A stretch of DNA of 64,000 bases from positions 27,776,001 through 27,840,000 of the forward strand of contig OX597830.1 in the NCBI GenBank assembly GCA_951406725.2. The letters run 5' to 3'. The DNA comes from Octopus vulgaris. Lineage: Eukaryota. Shown piece by piece: positions 42,948 to 57,828 of the stretch. The notes beneath the pieces were generated by a model. It saw only the letters and a list, made by a program, of their open reading frames with translations. It was not told the DNA's origin and ran no database searches. Numbering within the stretch: position 1 is the stretch's first letter; each line of letters opens with the position of its first letter. The translations under genes were made by a program, and so were the position numbers.

Positions 42948-44109
42948 TTATATATATGTGCGTGTATACGCATACATATATATATGCATATATACTCATA
43001 TATACACACATATATATATAACTAAATTTGTCTGTGTCGTTTCCCTAGTCAAGGTAAGATGTGGTTTCAGGAAGATTTTGTTAATTTTTTTTTTCATATT
43101 TTTGTTGTAGATTATGACGGTGGATGGGTTTATCTCATATTTTGTGCTGCTGCTTAGCACGGAGAATAACAATGGACAATATTTTTAACTTCCTCCTTTA
43201 CGACCAGGTTTGTAGATATTTGATGTAGTTTCAGCGTAAATAATCTGGAGGGGAAGGACTAGATTACTCCGTTGCACTCTCAAAAGATGTGAAATTTCCT
43301 ATATAATAATTCTCTTCTTGCAGTATCATAATAATATAATCTGCTAATTTATTTTCAAAGCCAATAATGCACATTTGAAAGATAGATAAATCAGGTTGAA
43401 GTCGTTTTATACATAGAAATAGAGTAGAGAAGTTTTTGGTTTCTTTTGCTTATTGTGTTGTTTTTCTTTTAGTTATACTTATGGTAGAAATATATTGAGC
43501 ACTATAGCGCACCCTTTTATAACAATCATGATACGCCTCTGATATAGATGAAATCCATTGTTTCTCAGAATGGTAGGAAAATGTGCTTATAAAACCATCG
43601 ATATATGTGATTAAGTGTATGATCTATAATTATAACTTAAGAAGACAGGGTCATACAGCACAAACGTAAGCTACACCAATTAGCAAATAGCGGATAAGTG
43701 AGTTTGGCTTTCTATTTATTCTCTATAGGCTTGGTAACCTAAGAATTCTTTGTTACCCTCAAATTTGAATTGTGAGGCAACATTAGTTGTTGTCTTCAAA
43801 CACCGATTCAATCTAATCTAAAAACACTAAAATTTGCGGCTAGAATATCTATAAAATTACATGCTAATAGCTCAAAAGTATTGGGAGAGATGGAGAAGAA
43901 CTGAAGCCTCAATACAATATAGAGTAAAGCAGAAGATAGGACGCAGACGAGATGTATGATATAAATACAAAACTAGGTGTATACTACGCGTATGTAAAAT
44001 ATAAAGATATGGAATATACATGCATACATATATGCATGTATGCATACATAGATACATACATACATACATGCATACATACACAAACACAAATATATCTTTC
44101 TCTCTCTCT

Positions 44110-44520
44110 TTATCTTTCACTTGTTTCGATCATTTGACTGCGGCCATGCTGGAGCACCGCCTTTAGTCGAGCAAATCGACTCCAGGACTTATTCTGTGGG
44201 AGTCTAGTACTTATTTTATTGGTCTCTTTTGCCGAACCGCTAAGTTACGGAGACGTAAACACACTACCATCGGTTGTCAAGCGATGTTAGGAGTACAAAC
44301 ATAGACACACAAGCACACACACACACACAAACACACACAGACATATATATATATATGTATATATACATATACATATATACGACATCCTTCTTTCACTTTC
44401 CGTCTACCAAATCCACTCACAAGGCCTTGGTCGGCCCGAGACACTTGCCCAAGATCTCAGGCAGTGGGAATGAATCCGGAACCATGTGGTTGGTAAGCAA
44501 GCTACTTACCACACAGCCAC
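44110..44520 (-). mobile_element. Family A SINE
   Basis: Near full-length match. Confidence 0.88.
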
Positions 44521-44549
44521 CAGATATATATACACACACACACACACAG

Positions 44550-44602
<53 letters not shown>

Positions 44603-45947
44603 TTGAAATGAAAAATGATTTTTTTTGGCATCACCCAAAAATCATTTAGTTTGGACAGAGAATATAAACAGATAGAGTCGCTTATACCTGTTTCTAGATT
44701 AGCCAAGTATGTGGATCATGATATTAAGTGTGGATCATGATATTCCATAAGCTAGATAGAAATAAGAAAAATATAAACTGAAGAAACACCCATTTGTTAA
44801 AAATGAAAGAAGGAACAGAGTGAAATAGATACGCATTATTTAGTTCCATGATCAAATAAATAATAACGTTATAGGCCCGGTCTTTTATCAGTTCTAAAGG
44901 AGAATGTTTGATGATAACTATGGCAAGTATAGTAGAAGTTACCAGTGACTTTTACATATATATTTATATATACTATGTGAAGTATCTATGTTATGGTAGT
45001 CATCGTTTCTTCGCAAGTCGACAATCATTGAATTGCCCCTTAAGTGAAGGTATTACAAACATGATGCCTACTTCTTTCCTTTTTCTTTACATAAAGTGTT
45101 AAAGATCTCTTATTTCTTTCCATGATAGTATGTGTTTTAAGTAGTTTTAGACTGCTGTTTCTACTAATTTAAGTTGTCTCCGCTGGTCGTTTTTCTCGAG
45201 TCATTCAAACACTGCGTTGAGAAGTAAAATATATAAAATGCTTTCAGAGATTAATACTTTGTGTAGATATATTGGATACAGATTTGTTGGCAGATTTACA
45301 CTATTTTTAAGGAAACTCCATCTTGAATGTTGCTTATATATCCGAGACTACGTTGCATATAACATGTCCCACAAATGTTCATTCAGTATAGCATATTCTA
45401 TATACGTATAGTAACTAGCTAGTCTGTTTACACACTCTGCTCTCCTAGGCTATATATACATAATACCCATTCTACTTTTCGATAGATTGTATCCATCTAG
45501 TCTGTTTACACATAGAAAGCCATGGTCTACTATGTTTCTATGTTTCTTATCGTTCATGATCATAAGCCTAGCACACTAGCCATTAAGCCATGCGCCTTCA
45601 CATCTTTGACCATAAACTAAGAGAGATGGGATTCAACAGCAAAACCGACAGCAGCAGTAGCAGTAACAATTGAGTACCATACATATGTCTACAACATCAG
45701 CGGCTATTACGAAAACTAGAAAGGAGTCGTTTGTGCTAATTAGAACTGCGAGAAATACAAGTTAAAATTCCTTCAAATCAGATCCTATTGTCTGCAAACA
45801 TTATGAATAATTTCGATAGCATTTTTTAAAGCTTGACTATCTCAATGACAAACTGGGTGTTCATGGTTAGAACGTCTTTATCATAGGTCTGCTTAATCGA
45901 AGCTGACATTAAGCTAAGCAAGGAGCGAAGAAAAAACAAGGGAGTTG

Positions 45948-46033
45948 AGAAGAAGAAGAAGAAGAAGAAGAAGAAGAAGAAGAAGAAGAAGAAGAAGAAG
46001 AAGAAGAAGAAGAAGAAGAAGAAGAAGAAGAAG
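45948..46033. repeat. (GAA)n microsatellite
   Basis: Directly visible. Confidence 0.95.
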
Positions 46034-46631
46034 ATTAACAACAATGCTCTCTAGCTTGTATACGAAAACGCTTCCTCGTGGAGGTCTGACCTCCAAGAAA
46101 TAACAGCTGGTCTGAATCTTAAAAAAAATTATAGGAAGTAATGACAAATAGCAATGTCGGCAACAAAACTGGAAAAACAACAACATTTAATAAAATGACA
46201 GCAACAGCAACAACAACAAAACACAATACAATGACAGAAGAAATAACTATGACTAAAACAAAGACAAGAAGAACAGACAACAACAACAACAACAACAAAA
46301 GCAAAAATAACTAACAACTCTACAATCAACAACCGTTAATGGCATCTTTTAAAATAAACGCTAGCAATGATAACAACAGTAACAGCAATAACAGCTACAA
46401 TATAGAAATAAATTAAAATAAAGTGATATTACGGTTCAGTAGGTTTGAAATAGTGGAAAGAAAGAAGCGTCAAAGGAAATAATCTGGACAATACGTTGTC
46501 ACAATCGAATTAGCTACTTAACAAGATGGCGTCCCATCGTCTGCTCGTTTGTTTTCAGTGAAAGATTTTTCGGCCATTGCTAAAACAGTACAAACGAAAT
46601 TTCTAGAAACAATTCTCGAATTTATTGAAGG

Positions 46632-46663
<32 letters not shown>

Positions 46664-47109
46664 CGTGTAAACGAGTATGTATGAATGTATATGCGTTTGT
46701 TTCTAAGGGAATGCGTGAATTTACTCATGTTGCTGCGTGTTCGTATGGCTGTCGTGCGCATGTGTGGACATGCTTCTGTGCGAATAGTTGTGCGTACGTG
46801 CGTATGCCTATATTTGTGTCGTGTAACTGCTTCTGTTCTATGGTTTACTTTTTCTCTTCACTGTTTCTCACCTTGTGATTGCATTTCATTATTCCTGTGA
46901 AACGTGAGATTGTACATATAAAATGTATATATGTGTATTTGTGTAATTTTTATGTCTGTAAGTGGGTATGTGCGATAACGTGTACGCAAATAAGTCGTTG
47001 TATACATATGTAAATACACACATACACACATATATACATACATGTACATATTTACGCATATATGTTTGTACATATAAATATACAAACATCTCTCTTTCTT
47101 TCTGTCTGT

Positions 47110-47221
<112 letters not shown>

Positions 47222-47494
47222 ATTTAACACACAAATTCTCAAATCTGTGGGAATATGAGTGTATATGCGTTCGTATGTGCATATGATGCGTAAGTAGAAG
47301 AATCTAGATACATAAGAGAATGATTATGTCGATAAGAATTTTGCCTCAAATCACTTGGTTCTAGGTTCATGTCTAATGTGTTTTACGTTGAGTTAGTGCC
47401 TCCTTGAATAAACTCGAATTGAAGACGTCTTGGGGTGGAAGTTTGAAAGACAAGAAGAGAAGAGAAGCTTGTTCGAGGTACTATAAAGCTTTTG

Positions 47495-47690
47495 GTTGGG
47501 AGGTTTAGTCCATCGCCGTATGTCACGACACCATCTGGGCCTTTGGTGTACCATAAAAGTCTATTCTGTTGTAAATACTGAGATTGGGTTTTCTTTTTCT
47601 CATCAGTCTCTGAGGTCTTTCATTAAGGACATGGGTGTTGCGCTTTCTTCTCTGATTATGCCAAACAAAAATACATGAAAACTTATGATT
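47495..47690 (-). pseudogene. Possible RTE-type LINE 3' fragment
   Basis: Minus peptide HQRPRWCRDIRRWTK resembles the GRPxxRWxDxIxxWT C-terminal motif. Confidence 0.35.
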
Positions 47691-47701
47691 ATATGACTAT
47701 T

Positions 47702-47889
47702 TGGGCTCACGTCGTGGTATGTGGCTAAGAAACTCGATTTGTAGCTATGTGGTTACAGATTAAGTTCCGCCTGATGGTACCATAGATAAGTATTTTCATT
47801 CATAGTCATCGGCTGACTATATCGTTCCAAGTGAATTTGACGGCAACTGTATGGGAGCTCGTTATACGTGAGTAATACATACATACATG

Positions 47890-47932
<43 letters not shown>

Positions 47933-48370
47933 TTTTTCAGAATGAGATAAAGACCAAGGCTTGGCAGATTTTAGAACATGTATATATAGAAGGTCTTACA
48001 GCTGTTTCCAGGATACTTAATATACCCCTTCATCGGAGACGGTGTGAGAAAATGGTTAAGCAATAGTTAATTTAGCTAAGATACGAAATAGAGAGTGAAG
48101 TGGAGGAACACACATATATGTATGTATATATTTATGCATGTATGTATGTATCTATATCTTTGTATTTATCTCTACTTACCAACTGATAACTGGTGTTGGT
48201 TTCTTTAAGCGTGCGTAACTAGTAGTTAGTCCAGCAAAAGAGACGGACAGAATGAGTCTCAGGTTTATAAAAAAATTATTAAGGGGGTCGATTTGTTCGA
48301 CTAAACTCCTCAAAGCAGTGCTCTAATAAGACGGCAGTCCTGTGATTGAAACAAGTAAAAGACATAAAAA
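47702..48370 (+). mobile_element. Decayed family A SINE split by a nested hammerhead-bearing element (about 47935-48110, minus)
   Basis: Head at 47702-47866 and tail at 48170-48370, ending GCAGTCCTGTGATTGAAACAAGTAAAAG. Confidence 0.65.
47993..48040 (-). ncRNA. Minimal type-I hammerhead-like motif with core CCGAUGA
   Basis: Minus GTCT-CCGATGA-AGGGGTAT-ATTAA-GTATCCT-G-GAAA-CAGCTG-TA-AGAC, with palindromic stem III. Confidence 0.6.
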
Positions 48371-48773
48371 TGTTGCATATGTGCATAGATACGAGTTTAT
48401 TACCATGTAATTTCTAAAGTTATACACGGATATTATAGCAGGAGAGATAAGGTTTCGCTATGTTATTGTTGGACTACCAGGAGTATTTTGACAGAGTTCC
48501 TCATAAAAAAATGTCTTGAAAATTAGCGTCACAGTTACAGATTGATGCTCCCGCAATTCGGTTTTGTTTCCTAGTATCTTTCTGGATAATGATTATTTAA
48601 TAATATAAATGCAGAGAAGACAGTTCTAGACATAAGAGATGAGAAATTAAGTACATTATTTACATTTGACGGATATAGCAGAATTTGAACTCAGAAAATA
48701 AAGACGGACGAAGTGTCGGTAAGAATTATGCCCGGGGCGCTAACGATTGTGCCAGATCATCTTCTTTTTCAGC

Positions 48774-49230
48774 GAATTAATATTAACTATACATACATAT
48801 AACTTCAACATACACACACATACACAAGATGCATGATTGTGTATGTGTATGTATGTATGTACATATATATATATACATACAAGTCCATACCTAATATGTT
48901 GAATTAAGAAGAATATCTACACACACTAAATGTTTTTTTATTAATATTATAGTGTAAACTAGTTAGTATAGTGAGAAGTCTATAATTCCTTTATGCAGTA
49001 TAGAAACATGAGTGATGAAGTGGTTTGCTTCGATGGTTTTATGTATCTAGTATTTGACTCTTAAAAGAAAACTACTTTAAATGGAGCATCTTCCTCTCTG
49101 TATGTATATACGACTAAGATACTTCAGTTCCTTTTGACGACATCTAATATCATATACATAGTAAAATAATTATACATATCCACATGGATGACGATAAAGC
49201 GTAAGTAGATTTACATAACTTTATGTACAT

Positions 49231-49283
<53 letters not shown>

Positions 49284-49361
49284 CATACATATACACAAGC
49301 ATGCATCTTGTGTATGTGTGCGTATGTTGAAGTTATATGTATGTATAGTCAATATTAATTC
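48774..49361. repeat. Inverted repeat with arms of about 95 bp and a spacer of about 400 bp
   Basis: GAATTAATATTAACTATACATACATATAACTTCAACATAC...CAAGATGCATG is mirrored at about 49270-49361. Confidence 0.8.
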
Positions 49362-49372
49362 TCCGAAATATG

Positions 49373-49403
<31 letters not shown>

Positions 49404-49518
49404 CATATAATATATATATACAGAGAGAAGGAGAAAGGGAGAGAGGAAGATGTGCAAGCGTGTGAGCGTGAATATATGCCTGTGTGAATGAATGTATGTG
49501 CGCTTAAGTACGCATGAG

Positions 49519-49589
<71 letters not shown>

Positions 49590-49794
49590 AATATATATAT
49601 ATCTGTATATACATATCTATGCATATATGCATGTGTGATTATGAGGTTGTGTGCTTCTTTGGGTGCGCATGCTTACGTGAGATATAAATATAAAATATCG
49701 ATGTAAAATAATTGAATAGAGATATGCAGGCAGGTATAATAAATGCGTAATAATGTCTCCGATTTCTATGTATTATATTATTGCACATAAATTG

Positions 49795-49847
<53 letters not shown>

Positions 49848-50134
49848 ACATATATACACGCACCATCAGACTAATACATACATGTACATCCATATATACT
49901 TATATGTGTATATGCGAATTAATTTCTGAAAAGTTTTGTGCGCTTATGCGTATGCATTTAGATGAAATTGGTGTACATAAGAAAATACGTGTAATTGATA
50001 AAGATGTAGCAGCAAGGAGCTTAGGAGCTAAGAAAACATGAACAAAATATAAAAAGAAGAAAGAACAAATATAAAATGGTGCACAAAATTGGTAAATATA
50101 TATATATATATGTATATATATATGTCACTTTCTC

Positions 50135-50195
<61 letters not shown>

Positions 50196-50290
50196 TTTAT
50201 ATATACATCTATTATATATATTTGCATGCACATCTATAGCTATGTAGCTGTATGCATATATATTTATGTTTGTAAGTATATATGTATATA

Positions 50291-50338
<48 letters not shown>

Positions 50339-51264
50339 TAAATATAAGTATGTATATACATATTCATGTATATATGTATAAACACATATATGTGTAAGTA
50401 TATACATATATATATATATATGTACATATACATATATATATATATATACTTATACATATATGTACTCAATATATGTGTGTGTGTGTATCTGTATCTACCG
50501 ATTTATATATTTGGAGCGACCGAGCGAGAAAGAGAGAGAGAGAGAGAGAGAAGGGGGAAGAGAGAGATACGGAAACTATGGAAGATTTGGGAGAAAAAAA
50601 CTTACAATCGCATGTGAAAGAAAACGTGTGAATGATTGGGAGCGCGGCAGAGAGAGAATGGTGAAGAGATCGGTAGAGACAGAGATAGAGTCAGATAAAG
50701 AGCTAGTAAGCAAGGTAGATAGGAAGACAGATAAAGCTAGAGAAAGAGAGAGAGGGAAAGAAACTTTTGCTTTTCGATGCAAATAGTGAATTTGATCAAA
50801 CCATGGTACCTAAATAATACTTTACATTTTGTATTTGGTTCTTGGTTATATTTAATTTCGATCAGTTACGTTTTAATATGTTGCTATATTCACACAAGCA
50901 TTGCACGTCCATCACTCAGCGTAGATGTAATTTACTTTGGATGCACAAACGGTAGCAGTGCAGATGGTTAAGTGTAGTCATGCGCGTAAGACACATGAAT
51001 ATTTATGTCATGTACTAAGTAGCAGAGGAATAAACAAATTTACAAGGATTCCGATGAGTTTAGAATACCTTAATCTTGAAGAAGAAATTCGATACCTTCT
51101 CCCCGCGAATCTTCTTGCACCCCAACCTTATACGTCGACACACTTCATAACTTCTTCCCAACAATTCCACAAAAACCGCCTCTTCTTCAGGTAGAACTTA
51201 TTATATTATTACTTCAAATGAATGCTTCTGATGCTATCTACATGTTATACTCTATCACCCCTGT

Positions 51265-51429
<165 letters not shown>

Positions 51430-51430
51430 C

Positions 51431-51469
<39 letters not shown>

Positions 51470-51505
51470 TAGATAGATAGATAGATAGACAGATATATAT
51501 ATATA

Positions 51506-51571
<66 letters not shown>

Positions 51572-54387
51572 CCTACCTACCTACCTAGCTAGCTAGCTAT
51601 GTGTGATTGCGTGCTTTTATTAAAAACATGTTATATCGCATGCTCTAGTTATATGTGAACATTCGGACACCAAAACACATTTTGGAGTGTTTGTATTTTA
51701 CTATCATGAGAAACAGCGCTTTCATAAATGCCATTGGACAAGAAGTGTCAGAGCATCCTTTAGTAAGACCTCTTTTTTCTTGGTGATTTCATGTGTTAGC
51801 TGGGAAGCAGATTAATTGAGCTGAATGCCATCTGAACTGGAAGTTACGCCCTCCAGAATTCAAATGTATTTTTATTCATCCAATCTCACAGTTTTGCACA
51901 AAATATGCACCTCCCAACCTTAAGACTATGAGTGTCTTGTACCCGTATTACTACTAGATCTTTCGATTCCATAATCCTATAACTTCCAGACATATATAAA
52001 CAGAATGGGAGATTCAGGAATTAAATTGCATATTATCGTAAAGAGTCTTCCCTTAAGTACAGTGTAATTCTTCTTAATACTTTTGGAGGGGGGTTATTCT
52101 CGCTGTATACACTAAAATCTAAGAGAGATAGGATATTCTAAACTGATAATTTTAGAGAGTTTTGCGCTTTCAACCTGGCTGTGAGGATGTAGGCGGCTAG
52201 TATGTGTTTTATAGTGTGGTTCAACATCTGGAAAACGATATTACTATTGCAACTATAACTCACTTTAGCGTTGTTCTCATTACAGAGCCTACGATATCTA
52301 TCTATAGTAAAAAAATAATTACGTAATCGGGGTATGAAATTAACAGGACAGACTTTTATAAGTAATGGTTGTTGCATTCATATAACTCGTAGTTTTTCGA
52401 AGAATTGATGATTGTTTTCATAGATCTGATATATTTTCATTATATATTATCCCTATCTTGGAAAACCACTGAATTTGTCTTTCTAAATGGATCACCGTGT
52501 ATGAAAATATTGCTGTCAGACCAAATGTGGCATGTAAAAGATTCTTAACTATATAAACGCATGTACGTTCTGATTCTCACCGTTCGCATCTGTGGTTGAG
52601 TAAAGATTTGAACAATGCTACGGAGCGACACTTGATGGTGTCTTTGACTCGACTAACAGAGCACGTTCTCCTTGTTCTAACTTATGCAAGACTCTTCTCC
52701 TTCTCCCTTTCTGTATCCCTGTCTTTAACACTCTCTCTTTTATTCTCGCTTTATCTCCAGCCGGTCCATTCTCCGGTTCTATACTAAGTTTTTTTCAACC
52801 ATTTTATCTCTCTATACACCTTCATTCTAATTATAACAACTAATTTTCTCCGTTATTGTCTACATTCTCATTTTATTTATTCTCGAAGATGGTTTGCGTG
52901 TAAAACTGCGGAAGCTCTTTGCTGTACGGCGTAAAGACTTACGAGAGTTCACACTTAATAAGGGAGTTTAAAAATCCAATATTGTTTCCGACGCAGACCG
53001 CTTCTTTTATTCCCAGAACATGTTTTCAAACACACGCACACACACACACACACCACACACACACACACACACACATACACACATGAATGCATGCACACAT
53101 ATACTCACTCACGCACATGCACAAATATACACCATCCCACACATATATACGCAGGAAAAATAGATCTTTTTCAAGCAAGAAGTTGAATATGCACTTGGAG
53201 TCGTTAAAATATTTATAGAACTTTTCTTACTCGGTTTCACAATTTCATTTTCAAATTAGTGCATAATGCAAGGATCTTCAGGTGCGTCGTACTTGTTTCG
53301 ATTACAAGAAGGATTTGAACATTCGCTTCTGTATATAAAGAGGTTGCGTTGTAAATCGCTATTAATTTAGGTAGTGTTTGGTAGGTTGTCAGTAATCAGG
53401 ATATGAGACAGGAATGTGACGATATCAATGATAGTTCCACCAAAAGTTAAAACTGTGTTGGTCTACTGAATGTGTCTTGTGACAGCATGGATAGAAATTG
53501 CACGTCGTGTCAAGCGACATCATGGACGATAGTTGTACCAAATATTCACTGCATTCTATAAACGCAGTGAATATATCATGTGATAATATGAATCATATGT
53601 GTGAGAATCGCAAAACATTACTAGCGAAAGAGATTAAATGATTGCATGAACGTAACAGTAAGTTATGTATCTGCATAAATGTGATTATAACGTTGCGTAT
53701 GTGTTTGGTTTCAGAATGTGAACTACGATAGAGTAACTTTCATTCATACAGACACATTATCCTCTGATATAGTGAGCAACTTCATCCAACCAAATACTTC
53801 AACTGATAGCTATTTAAGCTATTATCTTTCCTAAAAAGGATTGTATTTTCAAAATTCGACTAGGGTCAACCCATATGATAGCTTTGTAGCTGATACTATT
53901 TTGCAAATCATAAAATTGTGTAAAACTATAATAAATGAAAATAAAACTGTTTAAAACCTTCAAGTGCATTTTCAACTTCACAACTTTTCTTTTGCTTGCT
54001 CAACGAAGGGAATATCTAGACGTCAGCAAACGTGTCAAATATGTCATTCAGATTCACAATAAAAAGGAAATCATTCATATTAGAACAGCAAAAAGTCACG
54101 TGCGTATAATCTACACCAGTAAAATCGTATTGAACAGTTTCTGGTACATTTGAACGTGAGACTGTCAGGGCAGAAATTTCTCCTACACGACATGTGAGAA
54201 CATATAATAGGCTGTGAATGAAGTCATTAGATCGCATGTCGCATGCGTTTCTGCGTTGTTCCGTGTCATGGTTACACGCACCAAATCTGTCATTCAGTTT
54301 AGTATGCAATCTCAGATAGCCGATGAAGTGGGCATAATTTTAATATCTAACAGTACACATTAAAGAATGATAGCAATATATATAGAT

Positions 54388-54587
54388 AGTTAATCCAAAC
54401 ATGGACAAACAGAAAACCCAATAATGCGAGGACGTAGAACAAGTATAGTGTTATTGGACGCTCAGGAAAGGAAAGAAAGAAGGTAGAATTAACGTTTCGA
54501 GCGGAGCACTTCGTCAGAAACATAAAAAAAGGAAAGGTCCAAGGAAGGAAAGACGGAGAAAGAAAATCGCCAACGATACACACGCGG

Positions 54588-54590
<3 letters not shown>
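54388..54590 (-). mobile_element. Family HA element with hammerhead motif (54488-54521)
   Basis: Minus GTTT-CTGACGA-A-GTGC-TCC-GCTC-GAAA-CG-TT-AATT. Confidence 0.75.
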
Positions 54591-54630
<40 letters not shown>

Positions 54631-54671
54631 CATATGTTTGTAAGGTTGTCAATGTATATATATATGCATTT

Positions 54672-54850
54672 GTGGGTACAGGACGTCACAAAACTAATAC
54701 AACAAAAAATACGAAATACGTGTACATGAAATATGAACTATATTTCGAACAACGAAAGACACAAATGGAAAACAAGACAAGCAACATAAAGTACGACCCT
54801 TCATCAGTTCTTGACTGTTTTTCAACCCTCGTATTTCGAACATTTAACAA
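54672..54850 (-). mobile_element. Short element with decayed long-loop hammerhead-like motif (54735-54810)
   Basis: Minus GAA-CTGATGA-AGGG...(about 50 nt)...TTC-GAAA-TATAG-TTC. Confidence 0.4.
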
Positions 54851-54886
54851 GAGAGAGTGTGTGTGTGTGTATGAGAGTGAGTGAGT

Positions 54887-54950
<64 letters not shown>

Positions 54951-55134
54951 AGATAGAAGTAATGTTTATCGTCACATCAGTTTGCCTGTTCTGTAGGAAC
55001 CGACGTTACTACCATTATTAACCCCAGAAGAATCCTCATTCTGCTGACCGTCGATGCAGTCTGCACCCGATATATACTGCAAGCAGGGAAGCGACCCATA
55101 CCATCTTGTAGCAGAAGACAGAATCATCAGACCT

Positions 55135-55352
55135 TACGATTTCGGTCATGTGATCTGGCAAAATCGTTACCACATCGAGCGAAATGTTTACCGGCTTTTC
55201 GTCTGTCTTTACTTTCAAATTTCGCTGAAGTCAACTTTACCTTTTATCCTTTCAGGGTCAATAAAATAAGTATCAGTAGAGTACTGGGGTCGATGTAATT
55301 GACTGACGCCCTCCCCTGACATTGCTGGTCCTTTGCCAAACTTTGAAATCAA
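55135..55352 (+). mobile_element. Decayed family B SINE
   Basis: CTGGCAAAATCGTTA...CTTTTATCCTTTCAGGGTCAATAAAATAAGTATCAG...CTGGGGTCGATGTAAT. Confidence 0.75.
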
Positions 55353-56742
55353 TATGTGTGTGTTTGTTTGTGTGCGTGTGTGCGTGTATCTGTGTATGTG
55401 AGATATTTTCTCAATGTTTAAGATTCAGTATATATGTACATTTGTATATTGAATTTACTTTACATGTATGTAAATACGTATCAGAAAAATATATACAAAA
55501 TACAGATAAATATTGCATATTTTCACATGCATCAACCTAGATTGTATCCAAACATATGCTATCTTTATATGGCTTCTTTTGGTTTGTATTTCACTAAAAC
55601 GTCCACCTTATATTTCATTCAAATCTATCTCGTTTCATTCATAAATTCTAAATCTATTCTACTACATTCCATTTTAATCATCAATCCCATCATCCATCTA
55701 CTCATCGACCAACCCATCCATTCATATATGGATTCAGTCATACACCTACCCGTACTACTCAATAATGTCATTTATATTTTATCGGTGCAGCCACTCGTCC
55801 AGTTTTCTCTCAATCCAGTTACCCTTCAGTTGTGAATTCATACTTTCAATTTTACATCGATGCATCCATGCGTCCATCCAAACGCACACGTCTTCAGGCA
55901 CACATGAACACACATCTACACATAGACACACGCATATACACACATACACAGACACACAGAGAAGCGCATAACCAGATACACGCTCTCATATTTCAGTTAA
56001 ACACGCACATATACATCCGATGCGGTCATTCATATCTTCTCCGACTAACCATTTGTTTAGCCAGCCATCAGCCCAGCCAACCTTCAGTTGTGCATTGATA
56101 CATTCATTGATTCATTCATAAATTTAGATAATCGTCCATCCATTCACCTAGCCAACCATTCAATCAGTTATTTATCCATCTGTCCACCCATGCTTCCAGC
56201 ATTGTGTTCGCCCGTACACACATACATGCATCCAACCTAACCATTGTTCATTCTCATGCGTGCAGGCGTTTTTCTGTATACCAACGCAACTGCACATATA
56301 TGTACACATGCTCATGCCGACACACACGCATACACATGTGTATGTGTGCATGGGTGTGTGTAATTGTATATGTATATATATATATACGTATGTGTGTGTG
56401 TGTGCGTATATATATGAATATATATGAATATATGCATGTATTTGTGTGGACGTATATGTGTATATACATAATGTGTGTGAGTGTATGTGTGTGTGTGCGT
56501 ACACATATACACACTTCTACATAATTACAAAGTTACTAGACATTTGTATGCAGGCGTTCAATCACACACGCACACACACATATAGATGTTAGCATATATA
56601 TATATATATATATATGTATACATGTATGTATGTATGTATGTATGCTTATTTCGCCCACAGACAGAGCGATACATTAACCTATGCCCACATACACATGCAC
56701 ACGTATAAACAGACATATGTACAGACAGGCGTCTAAGCTTAC

Positions 56743-56811
56743 ATAGAGATGCATAAGTCTGTTAAATTGACTATCAATGGCGGTTGTGTGAAATCCCAGC
56801 TGGCGGAAAAT
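56743..56811 (-). other. Candidate 69-nt exon
   Basis: Minus strand has a T-rich tract, ...TTTCAGTTTAACAG acceptor and GTAAGC donor. It is unique sequence, open in two frames, with no recognisable product. Confidence 0.25.
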
Positions 56812-57195
56812 CTGTTAAACTGAAATAATCAATAAAAATATAAAAATAACATAAGAATAAAATTAAATTTAGAAAAAAAAAGTAAATAAATAAAACGATG
56901 CCAGTGCTTGCAGGCAACTGCAAGAGTGTGTTTGCCAAAGTTGATCCTGGAGGCCAGCAAGTTCTTCACTGTAATTGGACCAAGAGGTTCTTATTTTCTG
57001 TTTTTATTTTGATATTTTGTTTTTAGAGATCCTTGTAACTAAATGTTAAACCATTTCCAACACTTGACTTGACTTAAAGACATGAATATTTCAAGCGGTG
57101 ATTTGAAACATTCAATAATTTAAGGATCGTTTGAACCTATTTAACTTTATTTTCACGTCATTTCTAATTATTAATAATCGTTGAACAATGTTTTC

Positions 57196-57256
<61 letters not shown>

Positions 57257-57709
57257 TGAATTTTTTGTTTTTATCTTTTTCCATGTACGGGTCTTTTTTT
57301 TCACGGTTTAATTTACTTTTCTGCATTTTTGTTTACTTTTAATTTTTGTTTATTTCATTCTTTATTTTTTTATTTTTTTTTTTGCATTTTTATTTACAAA
57401 TTTTTAGCAGAGAATTTAATTTGTACACGAAGTAAAAATAAAGATAAAAATAAAAATAAAAATAAAAAATAAAATAAAAGTCAGTAGCGAATAGAAAAGG
57501 AAGAAAAGAAAGAACGTGAAAGAAGGAAGGAAAGAAAGAAAACACGTAAAAGAAAACAGAGTAAAGGAATAAAACAACATTGTTGTGAAATAAAAATCAA
57601 TATTTTAAAAGGGGAAAAATATTTATTCATTCTTCTTAGGTTATTTTACATTATTTTTTCTTTTCAAAAATTTTACATGAATATATACATATATACATAC
57701 ATACATATA

Positions 57710-57755
<46 letters not shown>

Positions 57756-57828
57756 TATTCGTTATTTCTTCTTTCTGTATTTTTAGATTTATTTTTAAAT
57801 TTTAAAAAAAAATTTCTATTTATTTATT

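Noticed and set aside
43090-43340. Possible piggyBac transposase remnant on minus (PSTVIIYNKNM)
   Set aside because: A single short motif, too decayed to call without a profile search.
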